From the NCBI RefSeq assembly GCF_009914755.1, contig NC_060944.1: a DNA stretch of 64,000 nt. One strand, written 5' to 3'. The DNA comes from the human T2T-CHM13v2.0 reference genome, Homo sapiens. The notes beneath the pieces were generated by a model. It saw only the letters and a program-made list of their open reading frames with translations. It made no database searches and had not been told where the DNA came from. The position numbers and the translations under genes were made by a program. Positions within the stretch are counted from its first letter, which is position 1. Each line of letters begins with the position of its first letter. Shown one piece after another: positions 51,801-64,000 of this stretch.

Positions 51801-52029
51801 ATTCTCATTTTGGATGAGAAAGACAAGGTTCCAACAAAGGGCGGGGGGAAGCCTTGTTCGGGGGCCATGCCAGTGGACACTAGCCTCCAGGGACATTTGG
51901 GGTACTTCTCAGATTTGAGGAAATGCACAGCCTCACTCCTCAGGTGTCCCTATGGGTGTTCCTGGCTGGGCAGCTGGCTCAAGAATTGTCTTGAGCCACA
52001 CACAAAATACAAATGGCTGGGGCCAGCAT

Positions 52030-52362
52030 CGCGGACAGTGAAAGAGTTTACCAAGGCAGTTATAGGTAAAGAAAGGCAAATTTATTAGAGAAAGTATGAA
52101 GATCCGTTGCAAGGGTGCAATGGGCAGCACAGTAGAGAAGGGGCTGCTGGAAAGAGGCAGGCGCTGGAGGGAAGTTTTATAGGGTTGTGCCAGAGGGGCT
52201 TATGTGCAGATAAGATAGTACTGCTGGGTCTTCGAGTGGAACAAGGTGTTTGGAAATAGGATGTCATGCCAGTGGGTTGTCTGTGATTAGCTGGCTCTCA
52301 GAACAATTCTTCTCCCCCACCTAGGACCCCTTCCTCATTGTTGCTTACTTATTAGGACTCCA
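52030..52362 (-). mobile_element. Probable ERV1-class solo LTR (family not identified)
   Basis: Reverse-strand poly(A) signal (tttatt) and TATA-like (ttttatag) in LTR-like spacing. Confidence 0.5.
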
Positions 52363-53120
52363 CGTTTTACTTCCCAAGATCCCATTCCTATACACAGCCT
52401 CTCCCTCTTAGCCAGAGGAGCTGTGCAAAGGAAGTACCTTTTCATGGGTAAAAGACTCATGGTGCGCTCACTCTTGCTGGGCTTCAGGGATTTTTCATTT
52501 CTATTGCTCTAAAAGTGCCTGTGTGCCTTCCCCCTCCATCCCATCTCCTTCCTGCTTCCGAGCCCTTCTGTGGGCAGCATGGGGGCCAGGAATCTGGCTT
52601 GTTCCTGCTTTTCCTATGGTGGTCTGCCCCACCATTATTCACACACAGAGGCTGTTGGGTTCTCTTACCATTCCCTGTTTACAGAGACTCAGATACATTC
52701 AGAAGCGAGCTAATGCTGGGTGCCCAGCAATAAGGGGAGACCCCAGACAACTCCAATTTCCTGATGATTTCTCTTCCTTTACCTAATTCCTTCTCCAAGA
52801 CCCTTGCAGACACTGCTGTACCAAGTGGATTCTGTGTAACTCTCTCAGAAGTTTCCTCTTCCATGAAGCCTGCCTTGATTACCCACCCCCATCCTCACTC
52901 CCTCAGTGTTTAAGCCCAGTGTGTGAACAGTTAAGAGACGCTATGGTCTTCCCACACTGGTTTCTTCTCTTCATTTGGGTCTCAGCGAAATGTATCTCTG
53001 CCAGATTCTGAATGTATCTGCCCCTGCCCAACCACTCACCCACCATATCCGCCATTTCCTCCACGGCATTGACCACTCTCTCAGATGATTTTGTTCATTT
53101 GTCTGCCTTTACCTCTAGAC

Positions 53121-53337
53121 CAGGGGCATCCAATCTTTCAGCTTCCCTGGGCCACACTGGAAGAATTGTCTTGAGCTGCATACATAAAATACACTAACGA
53201 TAGGTGATTAGCTAAAAATAATTGCAAAAAAACCCTCATAATTTGTGTTTTCAGAAAGTTTATGAATTTGTGTTGGGCCTCCTTCAAAGCTGTCCTGAGC
53301 TGCATGCAGCCTGCAGGCCACGGGTTAGACAAGCTTG
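53121..53337 (+). mobile_element. MER30 hAT-Charlie MITE
   Basis: caggggcatccaatc…ggttagacaagcttg; perfect 8-bp TSD ctctagac at 53113-53120 and 53338-53345. Confidence 0.92.
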
Positions 53338-54792
53338 CTCTAGACTATGAGCTTCCCAAGGGCAGGGAAGACTTCCCATACTCAGCACTCTGTTCTGGGG
53401 GCTTGGAACAGTGCCTGGCACATAGCAAATATGTCATAGTCATCTCCTGAGTGCTTGAATGAGTGGCCTTTGGGGTGTTTTGACTAGACTGCAAAAGCAA
53501 CACTTAAGTGAGCTAGGCTTTGCATACATTGTTTGGGACTGGGGAGGATTCCAGCCAGGAATTGTCAGGGGGGAGGTTCAAGTCTCACTGAACATCGAGA
53601 TATGATGTGGAAGCAACCACCCACAGAGCCAGAAGACAAAGCCCCCAGGGGAGCAGAACCACAAAGGGTTGTGTTCTAGTGGGGAGGGAGGAGTGGCTGA
53701 GCCCCGCAATGCCCTAGGCTTTCTGCTGGGACAAGGATTATAAATAGGAGATAAATAATTTTTAAATGGAGGCAACATCCTCACTGGGGCAAAATATTAT
53801 GGCCCTAAATTCTGGGCATTCAAATACTGGGCCCTGTTGTCTCCCTGCTGTGGTTAGAGGATCTGGAAGTGGGAAGGTTTCTGGCTCTGGCCCAAGGACA
53901 ATATTATTGTAGTCATAAAAATAATCAGAGCTTGGCATTAATTTTGGATGATGATGCCTCCTTCTCCTGACAAGCCCTTTATGTTTTTTGGTGGTGACTG
54001 TTGGCTGCATCCTCCAACTTCCTCAATGAGAGACCACTTGAAAAAGAAATAATAATTTGTCTTCATATCGCACACTCCGTCTGGGCTGATGGTGGGAGGG
54101 GAATGCGTGTGGGTGGGCTCAGCTCTGTTAGCTGCGCTGGCTGGAAGAGATTCCCAGTTTTTATTCAGCGCTCGAGCTGGGCTGCATGCTTGCTGACAAG
54201 AGGCGGGAGGCCCCTTAGACGTCTTTAGACACTCCCCCTGTGCTGGGCTGGGCACAGGCGGCTCTACTCAGCAGTTCAGCAGGCAGAAAGCCGGAAGGAG
54301 AGATCAGTGCTCCCAAGGCTGGTGTCTCCCGTGCTGACAACGGAGGCAGTGCTGGGAAGCATGAATCTCCCAGCATCTCTGGATCCAGAAGCCTGAAAAC
54401 AGGTGGTGCTACCCACCCCTCCCTAAGCCAATGGGCAGGAAAAAGAATTTCCTGAACAGATCTCCTCGCTGCTTAAACACACTGCTCCGGTGAACAGTCC
54501 AGACCAGGCAAAGTTTGGGCGACAGATCAGAAAAATGAAGACCTGCACATGTGGAGCTGGAGCAAGGACTAGTCTAGTATTAGCTCTGTGACGGGAGAGC
54601 TTTGACTGTCACCTGGAAGTCTGACTTGATTTTGCCAGCAAGAGGCAACAACCAAAGGTTCACTTTCTCTCCTCCCAATTTTGGGAGGCGATCTATAGGG
54701 GTTTGCCAGCCACCTCTCATCCTTGCAGACCCCAGGTGGAATTTGCAGGCAGCCACTATGGTGCAAAATGTAATTTTAGTGTTTTTCCGCAG

Positions 54793-54848
54793 ACGGCTGA
54801 GCCAAAGACCTGCCGTGGAAGAGCTGGAGAGAAGAAATATCTTGAAAC
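54793..54848 (+). CDS. PHACTR3: PHACTR3 coding exon (probably exon 9): second C-terminal RPEL, RLSQRPAVEELERRNILK
   Basis: Acceptor ttttccgcag|A; donor C|gtgagt; 56 nt, phase 2 to phase 1; RPAVEEL motif. Confidence 0.97.
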
Positions 54849-57800
54849 GTGAGTAGCTGGTGATTCCTCTAGAGGTTTTCCTTCACGTGTGGTGAGGCTG
54901 TTGCACAAATCCTGAGTTCCCATAACCCAGCCCTTCTCTGCAAGCGGAATGCTCCATGCTCCCAGTAAACCTGAGCTGCTGCTGAATTCTGAAAGCAAGC
55001 CCCAAAGGAAAGCTGATATACCTAGAAACATTTTTTTTAATTTAAAAAAACTCCTTTCCTCTTAGCATAAAGATGTTTTTATTTTCAGGGTTAGTCCCAT
55101 ATGTCTAAGTGCGTTAGGTTTCAAGCAGGTCTTCCTGGCAGTTTGGGTCGGGGTTCTTCATGGCTATAGAAATCACAAAGCATGAACCGCATGAACACAC
55201 TAGAGAAGGACACGCCCCTTGCCTGTTACACTTGGGAGGAATAAAGCAGTCAGCTCAGGGAAACGGTGAAGCCATGAGAAGCTTTCCTGTGGCTCAGGAC
55301 TTTGAGGTTCCAGGACCCTCTGTTGCTCCCAGCCTTGCAACCCCTTGCATTTCCCGTTAGGTGGACAATTATAGCATATGCTGAGCATAGGTGTTCATGA
55401 GTAACCTCCATGCTCTAGGGCACTATATTCCATTAAATATTCCATAAAGTCAGTGATTTAGGGGTGGCCAAACCTCTTGAAAAAGTGTTTCTCCAATAGT
55501 TCTTTATCTAGTCATTTTCAGTTTTTAAAACATTTTCCACAGAAAGTGTCTTCTAATGGCTTGGATTTTTAAAGGACTTTTTTTCTCTTTATGTGATGAA
55601 TACTGCAGACTTTCTCTGAGTTTGTTTTCTTATTTGTGAACATCTTTTTATGAAGTTATAATGGTACCAAGCTGACTTTCTGTCAGAAAATACCGCAGAG
55701 CCCCTTGTTGGTCTGGGTACTGAACTTGAATTGATTCCTCCCTCCTTTCTTTGCCTCAGTGCCTTCATTAACTGCCTAAAACAATCCCCTCCTTTATAGA
55801 TTGTTGAAAATAACCCTCAGATAAAGACTTCTTCATTTTACTTTTTAAACTTAAGATATAGTGACTACTGTTCTATGTTAACTATACCATCTCTGAGGAT
55901 TTAAAGAAAAGCTCTTCATTGATAACATGCTTAATTAAGTAGGCAGACAGAAAAGTCAAGCTGTTTCAGTTGCCAAATATTTGAATTTTTAAAAATTAAG
56001 TCACTTATTTATAAAGCTTGTAAGTTGCAGATGCTACTAAAAGTAGCAGTCCAGACTTGAACCAGGCAAGTTCAAGACACAGGAAGCACCACATTCCAAG
56101 TAGCCTGCTGTCAGCAACAGGAAGAGAGTACTACAGCCCAGACCTTTAACCCAGGAACCATGTCTTCTTTCAGTAGCAGCCTCTTCCTTCCTATCGTGGG
56201 CAACCAGGTCTTCCCATCAGCAAGTACTTCTAATTGTGTTAATCTTTGGAAATAAATATCAGAGCCTTAGAAATAGAACTATCTTTGGTGAATAGGGAGC
56301 TAGCAAATGCATAACTGAAACTGACTGCCCTTACCTTCAGTGCATGAAAGGGAAAATGGGTTTCCTCTGCGGTGGCCATGGCAATCCCGCCATAAACACT
56401 GTGCCTTCATCAGTGAATGTAGGTTTGTCCTTAGCTCGGAAGCCCTCTCTAGTGTCCTGAGTGGAAGGACCTGAGAATTTTACTGCTAGGTTTGTGGTGG
56501 GTGTTTGGTTTTACTTTTGTTCTGTGGAGATGAGAATAGGGTAACTATATATAGCCTAGTATGAAACATCATACTCATAGGCTCTAGATACACAGGACTT
56601 CAAGCACTCATACTGTATTGTATTTTCTTCTTGTAACCAATTCTTAGAATATCACTTTTGTATTTGCTTCAAGGGGGAACTCATGACTAACTGCAGTCAT
56701 ATCTGAGGAGCACTCAAAACTCCGCCCATATAACACTATAACGTGGATAGAAAAGCAGAAGAGCAGGGGTCCCTTTATATGGTGATGGTAATTCTTTATT
56801 AGGCCCAATCTGTGCCAGGGACTATATTCAGTACTTGGTATATATTCCCTCATTTAATCATTGCAACATATTTGTGAGGTTTGCACTTTTTAATAAATGA
56901 ATATTGGGAAAAGGATAGCACTAGAGTTCAACCCCAGGTCTGCCTAACTCCATTGCCCATCTTCTTAACTACTGCATCAGAAGCAGTAATACATTTCTGG
57001 ATATTCATGGAAGTCTCAGGTATAACTGTCCAAGCTGCTGGAGCTATTTCCAGAAAATATGAGTATAGCAGTCCTGATTATGGGTCCCTTGCTTTGTATA
57101 ATGCAGAGGGTGTTCTGGGTCTGGAAATAAGAAATCCATAAACATATCACTAAGGGGAGCTCAGAAGGGGAGGTCTGTGGGCTTAGGCTAACAGGGAGGA
57201 CTTCTTGGAGGAGGTCTCCAACAGAGCGCCTGGCACAAAGCAGCACTCTGACAGGAACTTTCAAAGATCAGTTCTCCAAAGACCCTGCTGGTGACCTTCG
57301 TAGTAATTATGGCATTTTTCAGGATTAAAAAAAAAAAAAAGATCTGACTTTGTTTCAATCTTTTCACATGGAAGCTGCACTTGGGAGCTGCCCATGGCCT
57401 ATTTTAAAGAAATCTGAAACATTTTACGTCACGTAAATCCCTCATGGCTTGCCTTGTCTGGACACTTTCACAATGTCTCTCTAATTGTATCAGCTTTCTG
57501 ATGATACCTTAAAAGTATGGTTTCTTCTGGTTTCTCACTTGTATAAAGAATTAAGCAGAAAGAGGATTTCATTACCTTTTCTAAAACACCCTAATCCAAG
57601 ATGACTCACTTAAAAAAAATTACTGGAAAGCACAATATATTAAACTCTCATATAACCAATCCCACAAATGTATAAATATTTGAAACGCATCTTTTACATA
57701 AAGGCAGATAATGTGAAATTGTGTTAATTGCAAGTGGCAGGATTTCCCTTACCAAAACCTACCAGTGTTTCTAGGAGTGCTGATTGTTGAAATCTCTTTC

Positions 57801-58656
57801 CTAGGAATGGAGCTATGTTCAGGTCAGGGACATAAGGCTTTATTTAGCAACAGAGAACACCAGAAATAGGACAGCCATTATCTTGTATCCCAGGGGGAAG
57901 CTTACGTTTTATACTATATCTCAGCACTTTCGTCTATTTTTGGCTTCCAAGGGTAGGTGCGAGCACAGCTTGAATGTTAATAGTCACAACTTACCAAGCA
58001 AAGCTAATTTTGCTGAGGGACTTGGGCTCCTTTAAAAGGCACTGTCATATAACAGTGTTCACGCTTCAGCAATGGAGAGTCAGCGAGGTTCATAGATGTG
58101 TTAAGATTTGAAATATAGTCTGAACATATAAATTCCAGGCAAGCATATGCTGCCCAGGAGCTGAAGAAGGTGTTCCATGTTTTATGTTGGTTAAAAAGTC
58201 TGTACGCTTATTAAGGAAAAAAATTAGTGGCAGTGCTATTTATATTGAAATGTACATATACATTTATTTACTTAGTCTACTACAGCTTTTTTTATGTGGC
58301 ATCTAAGTGCTAGATGTAAATATAAAGATATTTGGGGAGAAAGACAGACACAGAGGTGTCTACTTCCTTAAACAAACAGCAGCCATATCTGTGGTTGTTT
58401 CTAATGCACAGAAGGGCTGAGGAGACCAGGTTGGGATGACAGCAAAGCTTTGCTTAGTACAAGTATTTCTGTGTAATGAGACCATGATCTCCTGAGCAGT
58501 GACTGACAAAGTGGGAAGAAAACACCATGAGTGATGTGGAATTAACTTCAGCTCCCAGAAATATGGATATCTTGGGAACACTTCCCTGCTGAAGAGAAGA
58601 ACGTTTCAACCTGTTTCTCTTTGTTATTTTTTTTTTCCTATTTTAATCTTTCACAG

Positions 58657-58718
58657 AAAGGAATGATCAGACAGAGCAGGAAGAAAGAAGAGAAATCAAG
58701 CAAAGATTGACAAGAAAG
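58657..58718 (+). CDS. PHACTR3: PHACTR3 coding exon (probably exon 10): RPEL2-RPEL3 spacer, (Q)RNDQTEQEERREIKQRLTRK
   Basis: Long poly-T tract then tcacag|AA; donor AAG|gtagta; 62 nt, phase 1 to phase 0 (C+AA=Gln). Too short to appear in the ORF track. Confidence 0.96.
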
Positions 58719-59682
58719 GTAGTATAAGCATTTTATTGCCTGAATAATAAAAGGTGGTCTAGAGAACAGCTGCTTCGGTAGCAGGTGGGATGGGTAATGC
58801 TAGGTATCACTCTGTGATCATGAATAATGTTCTCCTGGACATCATGGCATCAGTTAAATCAGGATATTTGCTCAGCAACAATGAATTAACTCCCTCTGAC
58901 GTTCCCTATGGACGAAGTCCTTCCCTAGCACGGTAGCACTTGGAGAGGTGCACAATGCACATGACATTTTTTACTTATGTTCAGGTGGAAGCCAGAAGTT
59001 GATTGGCATTTTCTTAATTTACAGTGTCTAGGAAAAGCATACCTGGGTATCAGTGTTTTAGTCACATTTTACACTCATCGCTTTTGTTCACCTCCAATAT
59101 GTCTAGAAGTTCCTCAGTTGCAGAAAGCTTTATTAGACTCAAAGGTTTGTTCTCTGTGACTCAAACAGTTAACATTTACTATGGCCAATACAGGTAGCAA
59201 CTCTATAAATCTTAATCTACTTTTAAAGCCTTGACCATTTCTAAATTCAAGTGTTCTGGATTCCCCTTCTTCGTTGTGCTGCTCCATAATAATTCTCTTG
59301 AAATTAACAGAATATCCTTCCTAAGCTGGACATATAATAACTTTATTAGTACTTTTAAAAAGCTTATCTAATTGTATCTGAAGCCAGTGATGCCATAAAA
59401 TCTAAGTTAATTCACTAACCATTCCTTGAGCTGGTGCTATGTACTACTGGGGGTGTGACTCCTTCTGATAAAATATGTTGGAGGAAGGGGGATTGTGATT
59501 TAAGAGTACAGTATATAATTTCAGCCCTTCACATTAGAGATTGCTTGTATTTGGGTTATATTTTCCAGTTTCAGGTTTTTTTTGTTTTGTTTTGTTTTTT
59601 AAGAGAAGTGCTGTTTGTTCAGAGTACTTCAAAAAAGCTAGTTTGGCATGTGATACTTAATTATGATGATCTTTAATTTTAG

Positions 59683-59823
59683 CTTAATCAGAGACCCACT
59701 GTTGATGAATTAAGAGACAGAAAAATTCTGATACGATTCAGTGATTACGTGGAAGTAGCAAAAGCGCAGGACTATGACAGGAGGGCAGACAAACCCTGGA
59801 CGAGACTGTCAGCAGCAGATAAG
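59683..59823 (+). CDS. PHACTR3: PHACTR3 coding exon (probably exon 11): third RPEL and PP1-docking string, [47 protein letters not shown]
   Basis: Acceptor ttttag|CTT; donor AAG|gtacct; 141 nt = 47 codons. Contains RPTVDEL, the RVxF-type LIRF, and the downstream VEV, R and W elements typical of Phactr PP1-binding domains. Confidence 0.97.
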
Positions 59824-59984
59824 GTACCTAACTGCCTGTGCTGGTGGGGGGTGTTGGATGATATAATAAAGGCAAAATATGTCATGCCAGGGAGTTTATT
59901 CATAGACAATGGGAGCCCTCAACTATTTAAGGGTATACTGCAGTAAATATTGGTTTCTCAAAGATAATTCAGGGTCAGATTGAG

Positions 59985-60193
59985 AAGTGGTTCTCAGCTA
60001 GGTGACAGTTTTGCCCCGAGGGACATTTGGCAATGTCTAGAGACATTTTTGATTGTCACAACTCGGGATGCTACTGGCATCTCCTGGTAGAGGCCAGGGA
60101 CACTGCTCAGCATCTCACAATGCACATAACAGCCCCCACAACAAAGGATTATCTAGTACCAAATGTCAAGACTGTGGAAATTGAGAAACCTTG
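59985..60193 (+). mobile_element. MER20 MITE
   Basis: agtggttctca…gggacatttggcaatgtctagagacatttttgattgtcacaac…ttgagaaaccttg. Confidence 0.9.
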
Positions 60194-61156
60194 GTATAAG
60201 GGATAAATCAAAGGTGGGCAAGGCTGCCATAAGAGATCAACTGACAAGTTTAAACAAAAAGAGCTACAGTGGGGACAAAGAGGCATTCAAGAAAGCCTCT
60301 ACAGTATAGAAAAGGTTCTAGATTCTCCCCCTGGACTTGTGCAGTTTGAGGTATCTCTGAGAACCTCCTAAGAAGTCTGAACTGAACAGCTAGAGAGGCA
60401 GGAAGAACACAAGGAGGTAGTAGGTCATAGAGTCTCTGCATGACATTTGGTGAGCACAGAGAGGGTCAGTTCTTGTCTGTGATCAAACACTTGACTGGCA
60501 AGATTTAAGCCCAAGAGTGTCCATAGAGTTTTGTCACCTTCTTGCTTCTATTAATTTTCAGAAGACTTAAAGCCTTTAGGAAGAGAAAAATTATACATTC
60601 AGGCAAGGAATTTGCTAATTGTTCTTCATTCTTCATATGCTGAGTATGAGTATGTACACAGATATTGCATCAACTTGGAGAAATGTGAACGTGTTGGACT
60701 AACTTGCCTGGTTCTTTGTGACTGATGTGCCCAGAGGATCACAGTGATGCGAGGAGAAGTATCTTTGGTGGTCTGCAGATGTGTTTGAGTATGAGAATAA
60801 TATACCCCTAAAGTTCTTAAAGACTTTCCTTGTCCCAGAGGCTGTGTTTGATGTTTTCAGTCTCATCAGGTCCCTCGAGTGTTTATCTGAGAAAGAAGTA
60901 CATGATGCAAGTGGGCCTGGGGAAGCCAAAATATTAATGTATGCTGAAGTTAGAAAGGCTTATTTCTAGATTATCTCTGATTATAAAATTCCAAGTTCAC
61001 CAAAAGCTGAAGTTTACTCATTATCTTGGTGTTCCTGTTTCATTAGTGCCCTAAGCATGTGCTTGGTCCGTTTAGGTATGGAGTGAACGGAGTTTGGGGA
61101 AGGGTTGTCTTCCCACTACAGTTCAGCAAATTAATGAATGGAACACTTACATAATA

Positions 61157-63256
61157 CTAGTCCTAGCCAGAGCAATCGAGCAACAGAAAGAAAGGGCATC
61201 CAAACTGGAAAAGAGAAAGTCAAGTTATCCCTCTTTACAGACAATATGATCTTATACCTAGAGAAACCTAAAGACTCCACCAAAAACTTAGATCTGATAA
61301 ATTCACTAAAGCCATAGGATACACAAAATCACACAAAAATTAGTAGCATTTCTATAAACTAATAATGGACTAGCTAAGAAAGAAATCAAGAAGGCAATCT
61401 TATTTAAAATAGGTACCAAAAATACCTGAAAATGAATTGAACCAAGGAGGTGAAAGACCTCTACAAGGAAAACTACAAAACAATGATGAAAGAAATTGAA
61501 GAGGCCACACACAAATGGAAAGATATCTCATGCTCATGGATAGAAAGGACTAATACTGCTAAAATGACCATAAAATGACCAATGCAATCCCTATCAAAAT
61601 ACCAATGTCATTTTTCACAAAAATAGTAAAAGCCATCCTAAAATTCATGTGAAACCCAAAAAGAACCTGAATAGCCAAAGTAATCCTTAGCAAAAAGAAC
61701 AAAGCTGGAGGCATCACACTAACTTCAAAATGTATTATAAGGTTATACTACCAGCATAATATTGGTATAAAAGACACATAGACCAATGGAAAAGAATAGA
61801 AAACCCAGAAAAAATTCACTTATTTACAGCCAACTGATTTTTGACAAAGGTGCCAAGAACATAAACTGGGGAAAGGACACTCTTCAATAAATGGTGCTGG
61901 GAAAATTGGATATCCATATGGCAAAAGAATGAAACTGTACCCCTATTTCTTACTATATACAAAAATCAACTTGAAGAATAAAGACTTAAATGTAAGACCC
62001 CAAACTATAAAACCACTAAAAGAAAACACAGAAGAAACAGTCCAGGACATTGGTCTAGGCAAACATTTTATGGCTAAGACCTCAAAAGCACAGATAGCAA
62101 CCAAAATAAACAAATGAGACTATATTAAACTACAAAGCTTCTACACAACAAATCAACAGAGTAAAGAGACAACAGGGAATATGAGAAAATATTAATATCT
62201 GCAAACTATTCATCCAAAAAGGGACTAATATCCAGAATATACAAGGAACTCAACAGTCAAAAAACAAAACAAATAATCCCATTAGAAAGTAGACAAAAGA
62301 CATGAGTAGACATTTCTCAAAAGATGACATACAAATCGCCAACAGGTATATGGAAAAAATGCTCAACATCATTAATCAACAGGGAAATGCAAATCAAAAC
62401 CACGATGAGATATCATCTTATTCCAGTTAGAATAGTTATTAAAAAAATAAAAACATGCTGGAAAGGATTAGGAGAAAAGTGAACTTTTATATACTGTTGA
62501 TGGGAATGTAAATTAATGCAGCCATTATGGAAAACAGTATGGAGACTCCTCAAAATATTGTTTAAAAACTATATGATCCAGAAATGCCACTTCTAGGTAT
62601 ACACGCAAAGGAAATCAAATCAGTACATTGAAGAGATATCTGTACTCCCCTGTTCACTGCAGCATTATTAACAATAGCCAAGATACAAAATCATCCAAGT
62701 GTCCATCAATAGATTAATGGATAAAGAAAATGTAGTGCGTGTATATATGTATATGTGAATACAGTGTGTATACACAGCCACACAAAATGGAATATTCCAC
62801 CTTAAGAAAATCCAGTCATTTTTGACAACATGTATGGAACTGGATGTTATTATGTTAAATAAGCCAGGCACAGAAAAACAAATATCGCATGTTCTCACTC
62901 ATGTGGGATCAAAAAAGTTGATGTCATGGAGGTAGACAGTAGAATGATAGATACCAAAGGCTGGGAAGGGTGGCAGGGTTTGGGGAGAGAAAGAGAGGTT
63001 GGTTAACCAGTAGTAACATACAATTAGAAGGAATAAGTTCTAATGTTCTATAGCAGAGTAGGGTCACTACAGTTAACAACTATGTTGTGTATATTTCAAA
63101 ACAGCTAGAAGAGAGGACTTAAAATGTTCCCAACACATAGAAATGATAAATACTGGAGGTAGACATCCTAAATACTTGATCATCACACAGTCTATGCATA
63201 TAACAAAATATCACATGTACCCTGTATATATGTACAAATATTATGTATCAATAAAA
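61157..63256 (+). mobile_element. 5'-truncated L1MA-type element (ORF2 3' part and 3' UTR), sense to PHACTR3
   Basis: ORF2-like sequence (aaagggcatccaaactggaaaaga…; ORF 61929..62117) ending …tattatgtatcaataaaa. Confidence 0.9.
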
Positions 63257-63476
63257 TTTTTACAAAGACTTCCAGAATATTAGCTACATACTAGCTTGGT
63301 AGGACTATAATAATGAGTATGGCAGTTTTAATGATGAACCAAAAAATTGTTTGTTTTTTTCTGTATATTACATAATAGAGTCAACAAGGATTAGGAATGG
63401 TTAATTTATAAACACGATGCTAATTTCCTGATTTTTTTAATATCCTGTAAAACAATGTCTTGTTTTTAAATTTCAG

Positions 63477-63553
63477 GCAGCAATTCGTAAAGAATTAAAT
63501 GAGTACAAAAGTAATGAAATGGAGGTACATGCATCAAGCAAGCACTTGACAAG
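63477..63553 (+). CDS. PHACTR3: PHACTR3 coding exon (probably exon 12): [25 protein letters not shown](R); the final exon (…FHRP-stop) lies beyond the window
   Basis: Acceptor tttcag|GCA; donor AG|gtcaga; 77 nt, phase 0 to phase 2; conserved Phactr C-terminal sequence. Confidence 0.96.
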
Positions 63554-64000
63554 GTCAGATTTGTTTCTATGAATTTCATGGTACTTATTTTTGAAACACA
63601 CACCGCCTTCCCCCGTCCCCCGCCACAAACCATGTATCCAGCTATACAAATTCAGCATTTTTCCAGAGAACTCTATTGAACAAATAGAATGTACCTCAAG
63701 TAAGAATGCTGCCTGCTCCCATTATTTCCTTTAGGACTTGGTGAAAGGTGATATGTATGGTAACAATATCGGTTTATTTAAGTAGTTAATGCATATTTAA
63801 CAAAAATAAGCCTCAAGGCAATGAAAGTAATTTTTCTGTGTATTTAATTCCCCTCTAATATTCAGAATTCCTCCAATTTATAGAACTCACCTGTTTATAC
63901 TTACAGATTTTTGTGAAATTAGTCACTCCCCACCTTCACATTTACTTTTTCCTATCGTAAATTATTAGTCACATCTTTAACACAGCCAGCGTTCTCTTAA

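Noticed and set aside
63474-63480. Tandem acceptor CAGGCAG at the last exon in the window
   Set aside because: The 4-nt shift would frameshift; this is a common motif with no supporting evidence.

Overview
Human-type (primate) genomic DNA, mostly intronic and rich in repeats (Alu, L1, MaLR/ERVL LTRs, hAT and Tigger DNA transposons, MIR/L2, several minisatellites). It contains five consecutive + strand coding exons of PHACTR3 (scapinin, phosphatase and actin regulator 3): 24312-24465, 54793-54848, 58657-58718, 59683-59823 and 63477-63553. They splice through GT-AG introns with matching phases into the C-terminal triple-RPEL plus PP1-binding region. Upstream exons and the last exon lie outside the window. 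Almost all other ORFs in the track are spurious. The most interesting unexplained structure is in the 30-kb intron between the RPEL1 and RPEL2 exons. (i) A candidate microexon/stop exon at about 28750-28821 sits beside a perfect RFX X-box. (ii) An AluJ carries a fold-back insertion that both creates a 3' splice site and buries it in a hairpin, defining a candidate poison exon at 37598-37843. (iii) A strong-Kozak in-frame ATG at 54758, with promoter-like motifs upstream, could start a short C-terminal PP1-binding isoform. Together these suggest a possible intron-encoded switch that separates the N-terminal part of PHACTR3 from its PP1 module. This is a hypothesis from sequence only. Also seen: short, apparently locally templated insertions, motif-bearing minisatellites and a GC-to-AT boundary inside the gene. 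Repeat subfamily names and gene identity come from memory of consensus sequences, not from a database search.
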